Assembly (NCBI GenBank): GCA_043228905.1
Contig: JBHGNT010000267.1
Coordinates: 1-42,901, forward strand
DNA length: 42,901 bases
Reading direction: 5' to 3'
DNA from: Azolla caroliniana
Lineage: Eukaryota > Plantae > Polypodiophyta
How positions within the stretch are numbered: the first letter of the stretch is position 1; each line of letters begins with the position of its first letter. Positions 34,893-42,901 of this stretch are shown one piece after another. The position numbers and the translations under genes are program-made. Under the pieces are notes generated by a model. It was not told the DNA's origin, made no database searches, and saw only the letters and a list, made by a program, of their open reading frames with translations.

Positions 34893-37800
34893 TCATGACA
34901 CTATCCCCCTCCTAAAACGATGAGTGCCACAAGTCGCTAGGGATGAAAGGCTAGGTTTTTCCGGATACTTGCGATGGAAGGCATCCACAAGTGCTTGAGC
35001 ATTAGTAACGTTGTCTACAGGTTCCCAAGTATGATCATTGGGACTGTATCCAAGCCAATCCACCAAGTAAGCAATATAGCTTATTGCGGATGATCTTGGA
35101 ATCAAGGATAGCGGCAACCTCATATTCCAGGCCATCAGCGAGTTGAACGACAAATGGAGGTGGCACAATACGATGTGGAATAGTGGTAGTAGCACAAGGC
35201 CCAAGAAGTGAACAATGAAAGACTGGGTGAAGACGCATATGGGAAGGTAGATCGAAGAAAAAAGCTACATCATTTATTTGTGCACCAATCTTGTATGGGC
35301 CTAAGTGTTGATTATCCAATTTATCACAAGGGCATGTTGTTCGCACATGTCGTCGCAGAAGCCATACAAGATCTCCCTTTTAGAGGTTAGGTGGAAGTTG
35401 ATGTCGATCAGTGGCTATCTTATGGGATGCTTGAGCGTGTTCTAGGTCAACACCTGTTCTTGAATATGTCGAATGTGGGACACTCGATTTTCGACAACTG
35501 GATTAGTTTGAACTTCGGAAAGCTCTAAGAAATTCCATCGAGGGTGATGACCTGTATATATGCAAAAAATGGAGTGACCTTTGTGGAAGAGTGGACGGAA
35601 TTGTTGTATGCAAACTCCGCAAAATGAAGAATATCGGCCCAATTATCTTGTTGATAGCTGATAAAACAAGGAAGATATTGTTCTAATGTTTGATTGGATC
35701 TCTCTACTTGACCATCAGTTTGCGGATGATAACTTGAAGAGAGGTTTCAAGAGATCTTGAGTAGTGATAATAAATGCCGCCAAAGTTTTGAGATAAATTG
35801 TGGTCCACGATCACTAACGATGTTATCCAGGAAGCCATGATGTCGAAATACCTCTCGCATAACAAGATCACTTGTCTCCTTGTTGTTGATGGTCTTCATA
35901 CATGGTAGGAAATGTGCCATCTTTGTAAAGCGATCCACCACTATCAGGATTGTATCAAACCCTCGAGAAGGGGGCAAATCGGTTATAAAATCAAGCAAAA
36001 TAGATTGCTAGGGTTTTGTTGTGATTGGCAATGGTTGTAACAATCCATAAGGATGGTGACGAGTCATTTTTGTACAACAACATGTGTCACATGTACAAAC
36101 ATACTCCTCAACAAAATTATGGAGCTTAGGCCACCAAAATGCCCGACTTACTAGCTCTAAGGTTTTTTGAATCCCAAAATGCCCAGCCATATAAGTGTCA
36201 TGGCAATGTTGTAACACCTTCAGATGAGAAGATCCATTAGGGGCATAGAGAAGACCCTTATAAAATAGTAGATCATTCTGCCATGTGAATTTATTGTAAT
36301 CTACAGGAGGATGTTGTGCCTTAGAACAAGAAGTGTGATTTGGATCAATGTGATCGAGAACTTCTTGAGCAAAGACATCTATTTGAAGATCCTGGCGAAT
36401 AGAATTAAGGATGCTGGAATCAACTGGCATGTGTGAAACTTCCACTGCTTGTAACCGTGGAGGTCCTAAAAGAATTTGTTTTTGATCATCAAATGTTGCT
36501 TCACCAAGAAGAGGTGCAAGATATGTCCTTCGAGATAAAGAATTTGCCTTGCCTTGTTGTGATCCGGGCCGATATAGGATTTTAAACTCAAAACGGATGA
36601 GGAATTGTGCCCACCGAGCCTGCCGCCTTGTCAACACCCGAGCATTATGAAAGTATGTTAGGTTTTTGTGGTCACTATAAACTAGTATTGATGAAGAGAA
36701 CCCTCCAAGAGATGTCGTCATTGCTCAAAGGAGTCCACAATAGCTAGCATTTCTTTATCATGCACTTCATAGTTGATCTTTGCAGCATTGAATTTACGTG
36801 AATGGAAAGCCACTAAATGAAGTTGCCCATCATCTCCATGTTGTGACAAGATGCTTCCGAGAGAAATATGCGATGCATCAGCTTCCATAATAAATGGTTT
36901 GTGGGGATCAACATGAGCTAATATAGGGGCAGATGTAAATGCCTTTTTTAGATCCATAAAAGCCTTGGTTGCACTAGGTGTCCAAATAAATGACTGATTC
37001 TTTTGGGTGAGTTGCATAAGAGGTAAAATGATCACCGAATACCCCTTAATGAGTTTGTGATAGAAGTTTGCAAATCCTAAAAACCATTGGACATCTCGGA
37101 CCGAACATGGAATTTGCCAATCTAACACTATTCGAACTTTAGCTGGATCCATCGAGATACCTTCGGATGAAACAACATAACCCAAAAACTCTACTTGTTT
37201 GCAATCAAAATTGCATTTCTCCAACTTAGCATAAAAGCCATATTCATGCAACCATTGTAAAACTTGCCGAACATGGGCATTATGCTCTTCCTATGTCTTC
37301 GAATAGATCAACAAATCATCTAAGTAAATAATCAAAAAGATATCTACAAAATCCCGAAAGATATCATTAGCCATATTATGCTGAAAAACTGCAATTGCAT
37401 TAGTAAGTCCAAACTGCATGACTGTATATTCAAAATGGCCATATCGAGTGTGAAAAGTCATCTTCCATTCATCGTTGGGGCGAATCCGGACAAGATTATA
37501 AGCACCTTGGAGATCAATTTTAGTAAAAACTTTTGCCCCACTAATCTGTTCTAAAAGGCTAGAGATCAAAGGTAATGCATACCTATTTCTAATAGTGACC
37601 TTATTCAACCGTCAATAATCCACTACCAAACGAAGTGAGGCATCTTTCTTTTTCACAAAGAAAATGGGTGCCCCAACTGGAGACTTTGAATGTCGAATGA
37701 ATCCTTTCGCCAAATTTTCATCAATGTATTCTCAAACAACCTCTAGCTCTGTTAGCGACAAATTATAGATCGGTCCCCACGGTTGCTCTTTCCCTAGTTG

Positions 37801-39694
37801 TAGGTCGATGGGACAATCATAAGGTCGATGCTTAGGGAGTATACAAGGTTTCACTTTGTCGAAGACATCTGCAAATTCTTTATACTTGTGTGGAAGTTTA
37901 ATCTTTGAACTACCCTCGGACTCTTTAAAAGGCTTCGTTGATATTGCAAATACAAACATCTCCTCCTTTCTTCCTTCTGTGCGTAATTGTTGTAGTGAAA
38001 TAGTAGAAATTTTGTGGTATTAGCCTTTACACTACCATCTTCTAACATTTGGATTTCTTTTTTACCTTGATTTTGACATCTAAATGTCCATTTCTACCAA
38101 TCAATGCTTATGTTGTGAAGTTCGAACTAAGGTAAGCCTAGGACAATCGGATGCTCTGGACTACTAATAATATTGAAGGATATAATACATGCCAAATCAT
38201 CTAAGACTAATCATACAAGGTCAGACTCTTCATATATGTTTCTGGAAGCAATAGGGCGTCCATCAATGACTACTACAGAAGCTTGATAGGGGAGTTTATG
38301 CAAGGATATTTTCTGTGCTAAGGCTAATTCCCTATCCATGAAACAAGAATTGGCTCCAGTGTCTAGAAGGGCTAAGACATGAACTTGATGTTGGCTTGAC
38401 ATACTAACTTCTACTTGAGCTGAAAAAACTTTACTTACTTCCTTGGAAGAAATGGAACCACTACTAGGGATAGGTTGTACAGATCTAGGACTGTCCAACC
38501 AAATGGCTCCTATTTTGGCTGGACCTATTTGTTTAACTCTTCCTCTAATTGACTCCAAACTATAAAATCTATTTGAGAGAGCTGGGCTATGAGGATTATT
38601 TGCTCTATTTGGAAGAGTTGGGCTATTGAGATTGTTTTCAAATATTCTTATTGGATTAGACTCGGGTGTAGTAAGAATTTGATTTACCTTACGCTTTGGT
38701 TGATTGGATTGCAATATGTCCAGCACCCCCACAATACAAGCATAGGCGATTTACTCGACGTCTTTGCTTTTCCTCATCTGATAATGGTCCTTGTCTTCGT
38801 GTTGCTTCAATCTCCATTGGTGTAGGCACATCCATTGGAGTAATATTTGATGATTGCCTAGAAAGTGGTCTTGCCGCAACTGATGCATAAGTAGGCTCTA
38901 ATCTTGATCGCGCCATAAGTTGTTGCCACTCGGAACGTCTTTCAAATAGTCTATTGTCACATCTAACCGCTCTACTTACTGCCTCTGTAAGTGATTTGGG
39001 ATCCTCCGATAAAGCAAGAAGCAAATCCTTCACATCATTGCGAAAGGCCATATCGAAATTGTTCCATTAATGCTTGCTCGTCCTACAGGATGTCAGATGC
39101 GAGGACAGAAGTCAACGGCATAGGCAGAAACTAGACGATCCCCTTGTCGTAGCCTACCAATCTTATTTATGGTTGTGCTTACATTGTCCATATCTCCAAA
39201 ACATGCTTTGAATTCCTCTATAAAAGCTTCAAAATCATCTAACAATGGAGATTTTTGTTCTAATAGTGGTGCAAACCAAGACAAAGCTGAACCGCTTAAT
39301 AAAGTGCCTACTAGTCCCACTAGGGATGCTTGAGTTGGATAACGTGTCGGGTGCATTTGAATTATTAATCGTACCTTATTCAAAAGCCCTGAAATTGCGA
39401 GTGTGTCCCATCAAACCTTGCTGGAAGACTTATCTTAGGTTCCTTAAAAATGCCTTAAGTTTCGACTGCTTGTTGTTGCGAAGAAGCTAGCGCCATCTCT
39501 AATTGTTGAACCCGATCCTCATATTGTCGTACTTGTTGTGTCAATTCTTCATCATGTTGTCACTTCTCCATTGTGACTTGTTGTAGATCTCCAAGTAGAC
39601 GTTAATTCTATTGTTCAAGAGCCACGAACTTGCCTTTCAAGCATTCAAACTCAAATAGGACAAATTGATGTTCGTCAAGGCTAATGGAAGCCAT
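34893..39694 (-). pseudogene. pol: Decayed gag and pol of G (gag, CCHC, PR, RT, RH, INT, chromodomain)
   Basis: Motifs [54 protein letters not shown] and EYEVAAILDSK. Confidence 0.95.
38454..38537 (-). promoter_or_regulatory. Candidate -1 ribosomal frameshift signal between gag and pol of G
   Basis: G-TTA-AAC slippery heptamer, 6-nt spacer, 11-bp stem and a second 7-bp pairing. The 0 frame ends EEELNK*; the -1 frame runs into the protease. Confidence 0.6.
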
Positions 39695-39724
39695 CAAAGT
39701 ATTAGGAGATTTTGGCTAGAGGAG

Positions 39725-39737
39725 TATTCCGATTCAA
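39725..39737 (-). promoter_or_regulatory. Self-priming PBS of G (complementary to LTR 39978-39990)
   Basis: PBS TTGAATCGGAATA lies 2 nt after the LTR and pairs with TATTCTGGTTCAA 31 nt downstream of the TATA start. Confidence 0.75.
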
Positions 39738-39750
39738 AGTGTCAGCACGC

Positions 39751-39935
39751 GGACAAGAGAAAAGGGATAAGGATATTTGGAAGAAGTGGAATGGAGATAT
39801 TATTATTATTATTATAAAGAGAGAATATTATAACTAGTAATTTGCACACAGACAAGAGAAAAGATAGAGTTTCTTGTTGAAGTAGAATGGTGAGATATTT
39901 ATTATAAAGAGAGAATGTTACAACTAGAGAATTAA
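39751..39935. repeat. Diverged ~100-bp tandem duplication in R/U5 of the 5' LTR of G
   Basis: GACAAGAGAAAAG and TATTATAAAGAGAGAAT...AACTAG each occur twice. Confidence 0.7.
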
Positions 39936-40271
39936 GAGAATGATTGATAATGTAGGCTAGAAGGCTGGAGACTGGTGTTGAACCAGAATAACTTGAAAAT
40001 AGTAAGGGGCTTCAATTTATAGGAGTAGGTAATGACACATGCAGGAGCAAGCAATGCCACATGTCATCCCTTCATGAGTTTCCTTAGATGTTCTAGAAAG
40101 TTCCACAATGTTCCATAATGATCTAGAATGTTCTATAATGTTGTATGCATGCATCTCTTAATAATAACATGAATTATTATCATATAATCTAAATGACCTA
40201 GTGGGTAAGGTGCTATAAGATGAGTGCCAGGGTCGAAGGTTTGAGCTTTGGCATAACCAGTAATCATGACA

Positions 40272-40510
40272 CTCCGTCATTCCGAACTTGAAGAGCATAC
40301 TAAACACATAATGTCGTTGGCTTATCAGTATGCCTTCGGGGATGCCAATCACTTATATCCCAAGGAAGTAATGAACATTCCCTAGATCCTTCATATCGAA
40401 TGATGCGGCAAGCTAGGACTTTATGTGACCAATTTCCTCTAGGTTGGCGGTGATGACCAAATCATCAACATAAAGCAAAATACATATCAGCCCGTTCCAA
40501 CCCTACTAGA
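40272..40510 (-). pseudogene. pol: Copia remnant J, RT core
   Basis: ILLYVDDLVI...FDMKDLG...ISQRHYVFSMLFKFGMTE. Confidence 0.88.
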
Positions 40511-42901
40511 TGTTACCCGGCCGACAAAGGAGTTAAAGACCAGAATGTGAAAGGGATTGTTATTAGGAATCTATTTTAATTAAGTAGAATAAATTATAAT
40601 TATGTAGTGAACGGACGGACCAGAATCCGTATGCCGATCCGGATCCGGACCGGTTCCGAACAAGTGCCGGTTGGTACCGTTTTGTATGCAGCACCGGTGA
40701 CCTATATAAAGGCCCGGTTACAATGTAAAACTTTAACGGAGAATTAATATAAGATTCTTGTTTTATCTTCACATATTGATTACCGTTCTATATTAATGGT
40801 TATATCTTACGCGTGTATTAATTGAATGCCTTATTGCTAAGTAGCCAATTAAGTCGGATTAATCGAAGTGTCTTAAGTTATCTCGCCGTAACACCCCTTT
40901 GGTGAAGTGTCTTCCCGAGACACTTGTGTTAGGCCATTGTCCAGCCCTAAGGATTAACACAGTTTTTGGCGACCACGATTCCTACACAATCACAGCGAAC
41001 AGCGGTGGGAATGGAAGACGCAACCAACGAACGAGCAGGTTACAAAACGAGCAAGGAGGCTTGTTGAACGGCTAAGGAAGCAAGAAGCTTTCTAGCAAGC
41101 GGCATAAGAAATCAGAGTGGATCGGTCATTTTCCAATGTATCACTTTGGCTACCACGAAACCACTACCCGGATGAAGGAAGCAGCCTAAGCAGCCTCCGG
41201 GAAGCGGAATCCCTTCTCCAAGTATTGACAGCGGGGGAAGGTGAATCCAAAGCATTTTCGTCATTTGAATCGGGTTCGGACGGGGAATACAGTGCGCAGA
41301 CGAACTACCGTAGCAGTAACAACACCCCAAGCGGACCAAATGACGAGCAGTCGGATACCTTGCCGACACCGGAACTAGAATTGACAAGGTTCGAACCTCT
41401 GGTACCGGAAGTCGACCACACTCCGGAACCCGATGTCGAGGACAAGAGAACTCCGACACCGGAAGGCGAGGAGGAGAAGCCTCTAACACCGAAAGAGGAG
41501 CAAGGAATATCTTCGACGGCGACAGAAGACCAAGAAAAACCTCTGACACCAAAAGAGGAGGAGGAACAAACACCGACACCACCAGCCCGTGTACCGACAC
41601 CAGATGACGATATGTCGTTCCAATATCCCAGATACCGGGATGATCCAGACGTGGAAGCCCACGTCCATGCGTTTCAACAGACCTGGGAGGCAAACCATGT
41701 GTCCCAACGCTTAAATGCAACCGAAGAGGAACGCTCCAAAAGAGCAGAGTTCAGCATGACCTTGGAGGGACCGGCCGCCAGATGGCACCGAACACAAGAT
41801 CCCAGCACCATCCCCACGTTTGAAACATTAAAGACAAAATTCTTGCATTTCTTTCACAAGGAGATGGACCAACGGGAAATGGTAGGCTTATTTTACAGTA
41901 TCTGCAGGAACCAACAGAGAACATTCAACAGTTTGTCATCCGGTTCCAGCGGATCCACAGTCAGCTCAGCCAGACACCACCGGAGGAAGAAACAAAGGCC
42001 ATATTCTTAGCAGCCCTCCGGGAACCCTTACGTACGGTGTGCACCGTTATTGATTTCCGCACCAGCAGCATAGATCAAGTGATCGACCAAGTTGGGGAAA
42101 CGGAAACCTCAAGTTCATGGCTAACCATGGGCGCACTTCAGTGTGCACTACCAACGGAAGAGGACCTCCATTTCCGGCAAGAAATTCAATGTACAACATG
42201 CCTGAATGCCAGACATTCGGCGCTGGAATGCACCATGCATTCCCAATGCTTACTCTGCCACTCCAGAAGTCACACAATGGAACGGTGTGAGTATAACTTG
42301 TTAAATCGGCAAGCACCACTAGTCCGACAAATTGAACCACGGAGCAACCAGGAGGAAGAAGAAGAACGCTGGTGGTGAGAGGAGCGCTACCGACCGGCAC
42401 AAGATGTTCGGTACAGTGATCGAAGAGACACTTATGACTGGTATGACAGACAGGATAGATATCGGGACTATAATGGACGGTACGAGAGATACAACCGGGA
42501 TCACTCCCCTGGTTACAACCACCGACGGGACGACTATGGGAAGTATGACGACCAACACCGTCAAGGTTACCGAAACAAAAAGAATTTCAAGAAACGTAAT
42601 TTCAACAAAAAGGGGAGTCATCCACGGGAACCGGAAAAGGGCGCTCCAAGCAGCCAACCGGACCAAAACCAAGCACTTACGACAGGACCTCCACCAAGTA
42701 CACACGCCGAATCCAGCAACACCCGGAAGCCGTACTGCTATTATTGCCAGCAAGAAGGCTACTATAGTAATCAATGTCCGGCGAAGAGCTACGACAAGCG
42801 ACCAGCGGTGAACATGGTAGACGCGGAAGTCACGGACATACAACAAGTCACTACAAGATCAAAAGGCAAAGCCACGGAATGGGAAACTCAAGAAGCCATC
42901 C
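40511..42901 (+). mobile_element. Element K: 5' part of a non-chromovirus Ty3/gypsy (LTR 40511 to about 40959, tRNA-Arg-type PBS, gag); runs off the window
   Basis: LTR bounded by TGTTA...TAACA with TATA near 40703. PBS TGGCGACCAC at 40967-40976. Retrotransposon gag with zinc knuckles. Confidence 0.85.
41117..42901 (+). pseudogene. gag: Frameshifted gag of K
   Basis: PRYRDDPDVEAHVHAF, LEGPAARW; knuckles CTTCLNARHSALEC, CLLCHSRSHTMERC and CYYCQQEGYYSNQC; VTTRSK. Confidence 0.85.

Larger units (their letters stand above)
34615..40271 (-). mobile_element. Element G: near full-length Tcn1-like chromovirus inserted in copia J
   Basis: 5' LTR 39740-40271; 3' LTR 34615-34900 (U3 only, about 95% identical); PPT 34901-34913. 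Flanks are ATCCG and CTCCG. The copia frame reads FGMTE|CKSI across the insertion. Confidence 0.93.

Noticed and set aside
38486-38513. Alternative pseudoknot stem TAGGA/TCCTA
   Set aside because: It would leave a 2-nt loop to span an 11-bp stem, which is sterically implausible. The more distal 7-bp pairing was preferred.
1-42901. Host protein-coding genes or prokaryotic defence systems
   Set aside because: Essentially all sequence is accounted for by transposon parts. No operon-like or spliced host gene is evident.

Overview
Eukaryotic, gene-free transposon nest. The lineage mix suggests a bryophyte-like land plant, which is an inference. No host gene is seen. From left to right: (1) the 3' part of a Sola-like DDE DNA transposon with an uninterrupted ORF, inserted in the RT of Tcn1-like Ty3/gypsy chromovirus A; (2) a fragmented RTE-X-like LINE carrying Ty1/copia B and a Phygy-like gypsy remnant; (3) copia C, which contains Tcn1-like D (itself containing full-length chromovirus F, TSD CATGG) and, in its 3' LTR, full-length copia E (TSD CTATC); (4) 3' remnants of Tcn1-like H and copia I; (5) Tcn1-like G inserted in copia remnant J; (6) the 5' part of non-chromovirus gypsy K. 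All retroelement ORFs are decayed. The most striking signal is a shared LTR architecture in otherwise dissimilar gypsy families. An antisense tRNA-derived A-box/B-box (Pol III type-2) module sits near the start of U3 in seven LTR copies from five families. In the four Tcn1-like families it is followed by a heat-shock-element array, a TATA box and a Tf1-type self-priming sequence that replaces a tRNA PBS. All coordinates and alignments were read by eye. Family names are recognition-based, not database results.
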